Shown piece by piece: positions 15,077-22,396 of a DNA stretch of 32,000 bases; the first letter of the stretch is position 1; each line of letters starts with the position of its first letter. The notes under the pieces were generated by a model that had not been told where the DNA came from, ran no database searches, and saw nothing but the letters and a program-made list of their open reading frames with translations. Source of the DNA: Candidatus Electronema aureum (GTDB lineage Bacteria; Desulfobacterota; Desulfobulbia; Desulfobulbales; Desulfobulbaceae); assembly GCA_004284765.1 (NCBI GenBank), contig NQJD01000029.1, positions 1-32,000 on the forward strand, in the 5' to 3' direction. A program made the translations under genes and the position numbers.

Positions 15077-16476
15077 AGCTGCGCGGAAGACGCTTGCTGC
15101 TGCTGATCGCGCTGATCGCGCTGGCCGTGCTGCCTGCGGCGGCGCAGGCGCAGACAGCTTCCGGCTTTGGCCGTTGTTTTCATGCCGTGGTGATTGGGTG
15201 TCAGAATTACAAGCATCTCAGGACGCTGAAAACGCCGCTGGCTGATGCTAAAGCGGTCGCTAAGGTGCTGAAAGAGCAGTATGGCTTCACGGTGAACTTG
15301 CTGTTGGACAAAAACAGGGACGAAATTATGCTGGCCCTGTCCGAGCTGCGCAAAACCATGACTGCGGAAGAGGACAGCCTGCTGATCTACTACGCCGGAC
15401 ACGGCTATTTGGACGAGGCGAGCGGAGCGGGGTACTGGCAGCCCGTGGATGCGGAGAAGGACAACATTGTTTATTGGCTTCCGACCTCAGAAATCAGCAA
15501 TTTGCTCAGAGCAATCCGCGTTCGGCACGTGCTGGTGGTGGCAGATTCTTGCTATTCAGGGGAAATCGTCATGCGCAAATCAGAGGCGCAGCTTCCCGCC
15601 GCCGTCAGCAATGACGAATGGCTGCGGCGGATGCAGGCGAAACGGTCGCGCCAAGCCTTGACTTCCGGCCTGAAAGAGCCTGTAATGGACGGCGGGGGCG
15701 GCGGCCATTCGATCTTCGCCAAGGCGTTGCTGGAGGCATTGCGGGAAAACCGGCAGATACTGGACGGAACAAGACTGTTCAGCCTCATCAAAGATCCGGT
15801 CTCGAACAACGCCCTGCAACAGCCCGTGTATGACTCCATCCCGATGACCGGGCATGAGATGGGAGATTTTCTGCTGGTGCCGAAGGAGTTGCAGAAGGGA
15901 GGAATTCAGGCGCAGCCGGAGCACAAGGCGGATTTGAGTTTTCTGCAACGCAGCGGCGGTAACAGCGCAGCCACGCTGCCAGAAAAACCGCGCCAGAATG
16001 CCGACCTACAGAAAGGCAGAACTATTGGGCAATATATTGATTATGGCGACGGCACGATAACTGACACGAAAAGCGGCTTGATGTGGAAACGCTGTCCAGA
16101 AGGTTTATTCGGCGTGAACTGCGAAGAGGGCAAGATTGAAACCTATAAATGGGATGATGTGTTTCAGCGTTTCAAGAATATCGAATACGCAGGCTATTCT
16201 GACTGGCGGCTGCCGACCATTGCTGAACTGAAAACTTTGGTATATTGCAGCAATGGAGTTAAAGACAAAGATTACGGTCGCTGCAACGAGGGGTCTGAAG
16301 AACCGACGATCAATCAACAGGCTTTTCCGAATACTGAGGCAAATTACTTTTGGTCCGGGTCGCCGCATGCCGACAATTCGGACCTTGCGTGGTACGTCCA
16401 TTTTGCCTATGGCAGTTCCTCCATCAGCAACCGCGTCAACAGCGATGCGGTACGTCTGGTGCGCGGCGGATGGTAG
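15073..16476 (+). CDS. Secreted caspase-like (peptidase C14) protease fused to a DUF1566/Lcl-C-terminal-like domain
   Basis: 467 aa with signal peptide MKLRGRRLLLLIALIALAVLPAAAQA. The caspase His/Cys dyad contexts are LLIYYAGHGY and VLVVADSCYSGE. The C-terminal part has GLMWKRCPEG...YSDWRLPTIAELKTLVYC...FWSGSP...AWYVHFAYGS...VRLVRGG, typical of DUF1566. Confidence 0.85.
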   Translation: MKLRGRRLLLLIALIALAVLPAAAQAQTASGFGRCFHAVVIGCQNYKHLRTLKTPLADAKAVAKVLKEQYGFTVNLLLDKNRDEIMLALSELRKTMTAEEDSLLIYYAGHGYLDEASGAGYWQPVDAEKDNIVYWLPTSEISNLLRAIRVRHVLVVADSCYSGEIVMRKSEAQLPAAVSNDEWLRRMQAKRSRQALTSGLKEPVMDGGGGGHSIFAKALLEALRENRQILDGTRLFSLIKDPVSNNALQQPVYDSIPMTGHEMGDFLLVPKELQKGGIQAQPEHKADLSFLQRSGGNSAATLPEKPRQNADLQKGRTIGQYIDYGDGTITDTKSGLMWKRCPEGLFGVNCEEGKIETYKWDDVFQRFKNIEYAGYSDWRLPTIAELKTLVYCSNGVKDKDYGRCNEGSEEPTINQQAFPNTEANYFWSGSPHADNSDLAWYVHFAYGSSSISNRVNSDAVRLVRGGW

Positions 16477-16500
16477 GGACACGGCATGCCGTGTCCCTAC
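16473..16500. repeat. REP, 28-bp perfect palindrome GTAGGGACACGGCATGCCGTGTCCCTAC (copy 1)
   Basis: The sequence is self-complementary over all 28 nt. Its GTAG head contains the TAG stop (16474..16476) of the caspase-like gene. An identical 28-mer recurs at 16805..16832. Confidence 0.85.
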
Positions 16501-16530
16501 GGAATATGGTAATTATCACAGCACGATGTC

Positions 16531-17079
16531 ATGATATTCAACCCGGAAATCTACCGCCGCCGCTCCATCCGTCTGCCCGGTTACGATTACACCAGAGCGG
16601 GCGCGTATTTCATCACCGTATGCGCCAGCGGCAAGGAATGCCTGTTCGGTGCGGTGGAAAACGGGCAAATGCGGCTGAATGATGCCGGTCGGATTGCCGA
16701 TCAATGCTGGCACGACATTCCATTGCATTTTCATCATGCGATATTGGACGAATGGGTGGTAATGCCGAATCATGTGCATGGGATTGTTGTTCTTGACCAT
16801 TGTCGTAGGGACACGGCATGCCGTGTCCCTACGACAATGGCGACAGCGGAACAATTTGGCCGTCCAGTTGCTGGCTCGATTTCAACCATTGTCCGTTCAT
16901 TCAAATCCGCTGTCACCCATCATCTCAACAAATTGCATGGTGCCGTCGGCGAAAAAATCTGGCAGCGCAATTTCTACGAACACATCATCCGCAATGAAAC
17001 AGAATTGCACGGCATCCGCGAATACATCCAGAACAATCCCGCCAAATGGGAATTGGATGAACTGCATGTCGCAGTGTAG
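16531..17079 (+). CDS. REP-associated tyrosine transposase (RAYT; IS200/IS605-like Y1 HUH enzyme)
   Basis: 182 aa. YDYTRAGAYFITVCASGKECLFG is followed by the HUH motif in VVMPNHVHGIVVL. The Tyr region is IWQRNFYEHIIRNETELHGIREYIQNNPAKWELD. The ORF contains a 14-codon palindrome-encoded segment (HCRRDTACRVPTTM). Confidence 0.85.
   Translation: MIFNPEIYRRRSIRLPGYDYTRAGAYFITVCASGKECLFGAVENGQMRLNDAGRIADQCWHDIPLHFHHAILDEWVVMPNHVHGIVVLDHCRRDTACRVPTTMATAEQFGRPVAGSISTIVRSFKSAVTHHLNKLHGAVGEKIWQRNFYEHIIRNETELHGIREYIQNNPAKWELDELHVAV
16798..16839. repeat. 42-bp perfect palindrome (REP copy 2 plus 7-bp extended arms) inside the RAYT coding sequence
   Basis: CATTGTCGTAGGGACACGGCATGCCGTGTCCCTACGACAATG equals its own reverse complement. 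Its core is identical to 16473..16500. 42 nt equals 14 codons, and the RAYT frame is maintained. Confidence 0.9.
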
Positions 17080-17100
17080 AGGCGAAAAATTTTTCGCCCC
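17076..17100 (+). repeat. REP-like hairpin, GGCGAAAAA/TTTTTCGCC family, GTAG head on the plus strand
   Basis: The element reads GTAGAGGCGAAAAATTTTTCGCCCC. An 18-bp perfect palindrome spans 17081..17098. The TAG of the GTAG head (17077..17079) is the RAYT stop codon. Confidence 0.6.
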
Positions 17101-17133
17101 GGCTTGTTTTCCGCAACTTAATTCCCTCCAACC

Positions 17134-18867
17134 ATGACCAACCGAGCCATACTGCTCCGGCTGCGCGACGTGCTGCGGCCTTACAGCGGCAAGCTGCTCA
17201 TCGCCATGGCCGCGATGATCGTAGTCGCCCTGTTCAACGCCGCCCAAGCCTACATGGTGCAACCGCTGCTGGACAAGATTTTTTATGAAAAGAACGCTGC
17301 TTGGCTGACCGCGCTGCCGCTGGCCCTGCTGGCGATTTTTTTCGTCAAAGGGGTGTTTTATTTCTTCTATTCCTACCTGCTCGAATGGGTTGGGCAGTCG
17401 GTGATCAAAGACCTGCGCAACAGCCTCTACGGCCATCTCCATGAGCTGTCGATGGGCTTTTTTTACAAGAATTCCACCGGCGAACTGATCTCGCGGATTA
17501 TGAACGACGTGGCCATGCTCCAAGGCACGGTCTCGCACGCCCTGATCTACGTCCTGCGCGATTTTTTCAGCGTGGCCGGGCTGCTGGTGGTGATTTTTTA
17601 CATGGACTGGCGGCTGGCCTTGGTCTCGCTTGTTTTCATTCCGATGGCCGCAGTGCCGATTGTGGTTTTCGGCAAGAAATTCCGCCGCATCAGCACCCGC
17701 TACCAGCAGGGCATGGGCGAGGCGAGCAATTTCCTCAACGAGACCATCCGGGGTGTCCGCATCGTCAAGGCCTTTTGCGCCGAGGAGCAAGAAAAACACC
17801 GCTTTGCGGCCAAGATGCAGCAGCTTTTCGACACCCTGATGAGCGAGACCCGCTACCGCAGCCTTGCCCATCCACTGATTGAATTTCTCGGCGGCATCGG
17901 CATGGCCCTGATCATCTGGTTTGGCGGCAGCGAGGTGCTGAAGGGCAACGCCACGCCCGGCACCTTCATGTCTTTTCTCACCGCTTTGGTCATGCTCTAT
18001 GAGCCGATCAAGGGCGTGAGCAAGATCAATTCAACGGTGCAGTCGGGCATGGCTGGCGCGGCCCGCATCTTCGCGCTCTTGGACACCGAGCCGGAAATCC
18101 GCGAGAAAGCGCAGCCGGTCGAGCTGCCGCCCTTCAGCCGCCAGATTGAATTCCGCAAGGTCAGCTTCGCCTATCAGCCCGGCGAGCTGGTGCTGCGCGA
18201 TGTCAGCCTGACAATTGCGCGGGGCGAGGTGGTGGCCTTGGTCGGGCCGTCGGGCGGCGGCAAAAGCTCCTTGGCCAGCCTGCTGCCGCGCTTTCACGAG
18301 GTCACTGACGGCGCAGTCCTGCTCGACGGCCACGATCTGCGCGACCTCAGCCTGCGTTCGCTGCGCAGCCAGATTGCCATTGTCACCCAGCAGACGATCC
18401 TGTTTAATGACACCGTGCGCAGCAACATCGCCTACGGCAGCCCGGATTGCACTGAGGAAGAGATCCGCCGGGCCGCCGCCGCTGCCTTTGCCTTGGATTT
18501 CATCGAAGCCTTTCCGCAGGGCTTTGACACCGTGATCGGCGAGTCTGGCGTGCGACTCTCCGGCGGCCAGCAGCAGCGGCTGTCCATTGCCAGAGCGATC
18601 CTCAAGAACGCGCCGATCCTTATTTTAGATGAAGCCACGTCCGCGCTCGACACCGAATCTGAGCGCAAGGTGCAGCAGGCCCTCGACAATCTGATGAAAA
18701 ACCGCACCACCTTGGTCATTGCCCACCGCCTTTCGACCATCAAGAACGCCGACCGCATCGTGGTCATGCAGGACGGACGCATTGCCGAGGAAGGCGACCA
18801 CGACAGCCTGCTCCGGCGCGGCGGCATCTACGAGGGGCTGCACAGCTTGCAGCACGCCGCCCGATGA
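17134..18867 (+). CDS. msbA: ABC transporter permease/ATPase, MsbA-like lipid A flippase
   Basis: 577 aa. A six-helix ABC-exporter TMD (FFYKNSTGELISRIMNDVAML resembles E. coli MsbA FFDKQSTGTLLSRITYDSEQV) is followed by an NBD. The NBD has Walker A GPSGGGKSS, signature LSGGQQQR and Walker B ILILDEATSALD. The LPS gene context supports MsbA over a generic exporter. Confidence 0.8.
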   Translation: MTNRAILLRLRDVLRPYSGKLLIAMAAMIVVALFNAAQAYMVQPLLDKIFYEKNAAWLTALPLALLAIFFVKGVFYFFYSYLLEWVGQSVIKDLRNSLYGHLHELSMGFFYKNSTGELISRIMNDVAMLQGTVSHALIYVLRDFFSVAGLLVVIFYMDWRLALVSLVFIPMAAVPIVVFGKKFRRISTRYQQGMGEASNFLNETIRGVRIVKAFCAEEQEKHRFAAKMQQLFDTLMSETRYRSLAHPLIEFLGGIGMALIIWFGGSEVLKGNATPGTFMSFLTALVMLYEPIKGVSKINSTVQSGMAGAARIFALLDTEPEIREKAQPVELPPFSRQIEFRKVSFAYQPGELVLRDVSLTIARGEVVALVGPSGGGKSSLASLLPRFHEVTDGAVLLDGHDLRDLSLRSLRSQIAIVTQQTILFNDTVRSNIAYGSPDCTEEEIRRAAAAAFALDFIEAFPQGFDTVIGESGVRLSGGQQQRLSIARAILKNAPILILDEATSALDTESERKVQQALDNLMKNRTTLVIAHRLSTIKNADRIVVMQDGRIAEEGDHDSLLRRGGIYEGLHSLQHAAR

Positions 18868-21332
18868 GCAGGCTCCGCAGCGGCGCAGGCCGGGCCAATG
18901 TCTGGCTGCCGGGCCTGCTCGCCTTTGCCCTGCCGCTTTCCACCTCGGCAGTGTCGGCAGTCGCCCTGCTAATCCTCCTGCTCTGGCTGATCGAAGGGAA
19001 TTTCCTGCTCAAGCTGGCCGAGACCCTCTTCACGCCAGTCGCGGCGACAGTGCTGGGATACTTGGCCCTGCTCTGCCTCGGCCTGCTCTGGACAGCAAAC
19101 CCGGCGGACGGCCTCAGCGTCCTGCAAAGCCACTGGAAGATTGCCCTGCTGCCGGTCTTCCTCACCGCTGTCCGCCACGAACGGCGCGCCTTCTACCTGA
19201 GCTGCTTCATCGCCGGGATGAGCGCGGCCATGCTCCTCACCTTCTTGGTCTGGCTCGGCCTTGTCCAGTACGCCGATGTCAGCCCGGCGCATCTCACGCC
19301 CAAGACCTTTCACGTCGTCTACAACCCTCTGCTGGCCTTCGCCATCTACCTGACCTTGCACAAGGCAGTCTGGGAGGAGCCAAGGCGGCGGGCGCGGGCG
19401 GGCCTCTTCGCGCTGGCCGGGCTGATGAGCGTCAACATGTTTATGACCGAGGGCCGCACCGGGCAGGCCGCCTTCTTCGTCCTCCTCAGCCTCTTTCTCC
19501 TGCAAGTCTTTGGCCGGAAGCGCGTGCGGGCGGTACTCCTCCTCTGTCTGCTGCTGCCTGCGGGCATCGCTGCCGGCTATGTAGCCAGCCCGGTCTTTCA
19601 GCAGCGGGTTGACTTAGCCCTGAGCGAAGCCTCCGGCTTTCACGACAACCCCAACACCTCAGTGGGTCTGCGCCTTCAGTTCTGCCAGAACGCGCTTGCC
19701 CTCATCCGCCAGCAGCCCTGCCTCGGCGTGGGCACCGGCGATTTCAAAGCCGCCTACGGTCTGGTCAACCAGCAGCGCAGCCCGCACTGCGTCAGCACCG
19801 ACAACCCGCACAACCAGTACCTCTTGAGCGCGGCGCTGCTCGGCCTGCCCGGCCTGCTCATCCTGCTGCTGGTCTTCTTCCTCATGCTGCGGCAGGCCCG
19901 CTCTGAGCAGGAGGACAGCCTCTGCCGTGCGCGTTTCGCCTTCCCGCTCTTCTTCGCAGTCATCATGCTGGCGGAGTCCTATCTCAAGGTCTATCAGACC
20001 GCCTTCCTCTTCGCCCTGATGACCGCTGTGCTGTACAAAAAAAAGCCACTGCCGCAGGCCGAGGGCCGCAGCTGGCTGATTCTCTCCTACCGGGCCAACA
20101 TCCCCGGTTCAGCCTGCTCGCAGCATCTGGACGACCGGCTGCCGCACTTGCAGGCCCAAGGCATTGAACCGGTGCTGCTCACCGGCCCGGCTGGTCTTGC
20201 CCACCCGACATGGCGGCACTTCCGCACTGTCAGCCTCGCGCCCTCCGGCCTCCGCTTCGAGCTGCGCCATTACCTCCGACGCCGACTGCGCCACCGCTGG
20301 CAGTTCAAGCTGGTTGAGACCCTGCTCCTCCTGCCGGTGCTGCCCTTCTACCTGCTGGAGAAGATCGTCGTCAATCTGGAGAGCGAATGGTCCTGGGGCC
20401 TGCTTGCCTCGCTGCGCGGCCTGCTGCTCTGCCGCCAGCTCAGGCCGGAGCTGGTTTACTCGACCGGCGGCTCGGCCTCGGCCCATGTCGCGGGCCTGCT
20501 GATCAAGCGCTGGACTGGCATCCGCTGGATCGCTGAGACCCAAGACCCGCTCGTGCACGACCAAGGCTGGCGACGCAGCCGTCTCGCTCTGCTGCTGTAT
20601 ACGAATCTGGAGCGGCGCATCTGCCAGCAAGCCGACCTCTTCGTCTTTCTCGTCGGCGCGGCGCTGGAGCACTGCCGCCAGCGCACGGGCGGCGGCAGGC
20701 TGGCTGTAGTCTATCCCGGCGCGGAGCCGTCCTGGTTCGGGCAGCAGGAGCTATACAGCAAAGGCGGCCGCTGCTCCTTCGCGCACTTCGGCTCGCTCTC
20801 CGGCACGCGCAACCTGGCAGTCTTCTTCCAGGCACTGGAGCAGGTGGTCAGCGGCAGGCCGGAGCTGCGCGGCAGGGCGCAGGTGGACGTGTACGGCTCC
20901 TTTGACAGCCTGTCGGAGCGGGAGATGCAACGCCTGCGCCTGCACGACCTCGTCAGGGTGCATGGGCCGGTGCCGCGAGAGGAGGCCATAGCCCGAATGC
21001 AGCAGGCAGACTGCCTGCTCTTAGTGCAGAACATCATCTACTTCTCCTGCGAGACCATCCCGTCCAAGGTCTATGAGTACCTGCTCACAGGCCGCCCGAT
21101 CCTCGGCCTGCTGCATAATAATAAGGAGCTGGCCGCTATGCTGCGGGACAGCGGCCATCGCGCCACGCCTGCCGATGACGTGCAGGCCACAGCCGCAGCC
21201 ATCGCCGCGATCTTGGACGACTGGGCTGCGGATAAGCTGACAGCCGCTATGGCGGTGGACAGGCCCTGGACTGTCGAGGCGGCGGTGCGCAAGCTGATCT
21301 GCCTGAGCGAGGGCTGTAGCTCCTGCGCATGA
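18864..21332 (+). CDS. Fusion protein: O-antigen ligase (WaaL/Wzy_C-like) polytopic membrane domain + C-terminal GT-B glycosyltransferase domain
   Basis: 822 aa. The N-terminal ~400 aa has about 10 or more hydrophobic helices, with MTEGRTGQAAFFVLL and STDNPHNQYLLSAALLG (O-antigen-ligase-type motifs). The C-terminal ~400 aa is soluble with a GT-B-like end (HGPVPREEAIARMQQADCLLLVQ...ETIPSKVYEYLLTGRPILG). ATGA overlaps occur at both gene ends. Confidence 0.7.
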   Translation: MSRLRSGAGRANVWLPGLLAFALPLSTSAVSAVALLILLLWLIEGNFLLKLAETLFTPVAATVLGYLALLCLGLLWTANPADGLSVLQSHWKIALLPVFLTAVRHERRAFYLSCFIAGMSAAMLLTFLVWLGLVQYADVSPAHLTPKTFHVVYNPLLAFAIYLTLHKAVWEEPRRRARAGLFALAGLMSVNMFMTEGRTGQAAFFVLLSLFLLQVFGRKRVRAVLLLCLLLPAGIAAGYVASPVFQQRVDLALSEASGFHDNPNTSVGLRLQFCQNALALIRQQPCLGVGTGDFKAAYGLVNQQRSPHCVSTDNPHNQYLLSAALLGLPGLLILLLVFFLMLRQARSEQEDSLCRARFAFPLFFAVIMLAESYLKVYQTAFLFALMTAVLYKKKPLPQAEGRSWLILSYRANIPGSACSQHLDDRLPHLQAQGIEPVLLTGPAGLAHPTWRHFRTVSLAPSGLRFELRHYLRRRLRHRWQFKLVETLLLLPVLPFYLLEKIVVNLESEWSWGLLASLRGLLLCRQLRPELVYSTGGSASAHVAGLLIKRWTGIRWIAETQDPLVHDQGWRRSRLALLLYTNLERRICQQADLFVFLVGAALEHCRQRTGGGRLAVVYPGAEPSWFGQQELYSKGGRCSFAHFGSLSGTRNLAVFFQALEQVVSGRPELRGRAQVDVYGSFDSLSEREMQRLRLHDLVRVHGPVPREEAIARMQQADCLLLVQNIIYFSCETIPSKVYEYLLTGRPILGLLHNNKELAAMLRDSGHRATPADDVQATAAAIAAILDDWAADKLTAAMAVDRPWTVEAAVRKLICLSEGCSSCA

Positions 21333-22396
21333 AGCACCGCCGCATTCTCATTGTCAAGCCCAGCTCGCTCGGCGACATCGTCCACACGCTGCCGCTGGCA
21401 CACGCGCTCAAACGCTGCTGGCCGGACTGCCGCATCGGCTGGATCGTCCAGCAGGTCTTCGCGCCTTTGCTGGCGGCGGACGCGAGCATAGACCGCATCT
21501 ACCCCATCCACATCCCCTCGACCAGCGAGCCGCAAGCGGGCCGCTCCGCCTGGCTGACCGCCTTCAGCGCGACCCTGAAGACCCTGCGCGGCCTGCGCCG
21601 CCAGTTGCAGGCGGAGCCGTATGACCTCATCCTTGACCTCCACGCCTCGCTGCGCAGCGGGCTGCTGGGCCGCTGCAATCCGGGCGGCCTGCGCCTTGGT
21701 TTCGCCGATGCCAAAGAGCTGAACACGCTCTTTCAGCAGCAGCTTGTCGCTGTCCCGGCAGACGTGCGGCACGCGCAGGATAAGAACCTGCTTTTCTGCC
21801 AGCAGCTTGGTCTCAGTGTGACCGCAGCGGATTTCCACCTCCGCTGCGGCGCGGCAGACCGCGAGGCGGCGCAGGCCTTCTTGCGCGAGACGGACGCGGC
21901 TGGGAAGAGGGTCGTTCACGCCAACCCGGCGGCCCGCTGGCAGACCAAATTCTGGCCGCAGGAACGCTGGGCCGAGCTGGCCGACCGCCTGCAAGGCCAA
22001 GGGCTGGCCGTGGTCTTCGGCGGCAGCGGGCAGGACGCGGCCTATTTAGACGGCATTGTCCGCCTGATGCGCAGCCCGACTGTCATCGCCGCTGGCAGGC
22101 TCAGTCTGCCGCAGGCCGCAGCCCTGATCGCCCAATCCGCCCTGCACATCGGCTTGGATTCCGGCCCAATGCACATCGCCGCCCTGGCTGGCGTGCCGGT
22201 CGCCGCGCTCTTCGGCCCGACGCACCCGGAACGCGTTGGCCCCTACGGCGTGCAGCACCGCATCATCCGCGCCGAAAGCCTGTCCTGCTTGGAGTGCCGC
22301 AAACGCAGCTGCTCCCATCTTTCCTGCATGAGAGGCATTTCTGTGCCAATGGTCTATGAAGCCGCGCTGTCTTTGCTTGAATTATCTGAGTCATGA
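21329..22396 (+). CDS. waaC: ADP-heptose:LPS heptosyltransferase (GT9), WaaC-like
   Basis: 355 aa. RILIVKPSSLGDIVHTLPLAHALK closely parallels the E. coli WaaC N-terminus (RVLIVKTSSMGDVLHTLPALTDA). The C-terminal GLDSGPMHIAAALGVP-type motif is present as GLDSGPMHIAALAGVP. The heptosyltransferase I versus II assignment is tentative. Confidence 0.8.
   Translation: MKHRRILIVKPSSLGDIVHTLPLAHALKRCWPDCRIGWIVQQVFAPLLAADASIDRIYPIHIPSTSEPQAGRSAWLTAFSATLKTLRGLRRQLQAEPYDLILDLHASLRSGLLGRCNPGGLRLGFADAKELNTLFQQQLVAVPADVRHAQDKNLLFCQQLGLSVTAADFHLRCGAADREAAQAFLRETDAAGKRVVHANPAARWQTKFWPQERWAELADRLQGQGLAVVFGGSGQDAAYLDGIVRLMRSPTVIAAGRLSLPQAAALIAQSALHIGLDSGPMHIAALAGVPVAALFGPTHPERVGPYGVQHRIIRAESLSCLECRKRSCSHLSCMRGISVPMVYEAALSLLELSES

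Larger units (their letters stand above)
16473..17100 (+). mobile_element. RAYT unit: REP-associated tyrosine transposase gene bracketed by GTAG-headed REP hairpins
   Basis: The left hairpin lies at 16473..16500, the RAYT CDS at 16531..17079 and the right hairpin at 17076..17100. This arrangement (a single-copy Y1 transposase flanked by REPs) matches what is described for RAYTs. Confidence 0.7.

Noticed and set aside
14740-15402. 220-aa minus-strand ORF spanning the 2TM/caspase gene junction
   Set aside because: It is antisense to two coupled genes, one of which has clear caspase motifs. The translation is Ser/Arg/Gln-rich low complexity.
16473-16839. Two identical 28-bp repeats 304 nt apart, considered as a possible CRISPR array
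   Set aside because: There are only two copies, they are perfect palindromes, the spacing is far larger than a spacer, and one copy lies inside a coding sequence. They flank or enter a RAYT gene, so they are REPs.
16897-22000. Several long ORFs in the GC-rich block that overlap the msbA, ligase-GT and waaC-like genes out of frame: antisense 16897..17871 (324 aa), 18969..19505, 20109..20672 and 21071..22000 (309 aa), and same-strand 18719..19612 (297 aa)
   Set aside because: Their translations are low-complexity and rich in Arg/Ala/Gly/Pro/Gln. They overlap genes with clear family motifs. High GC suppresses stop codons in non-coding frames, so these are the expected artefacts.
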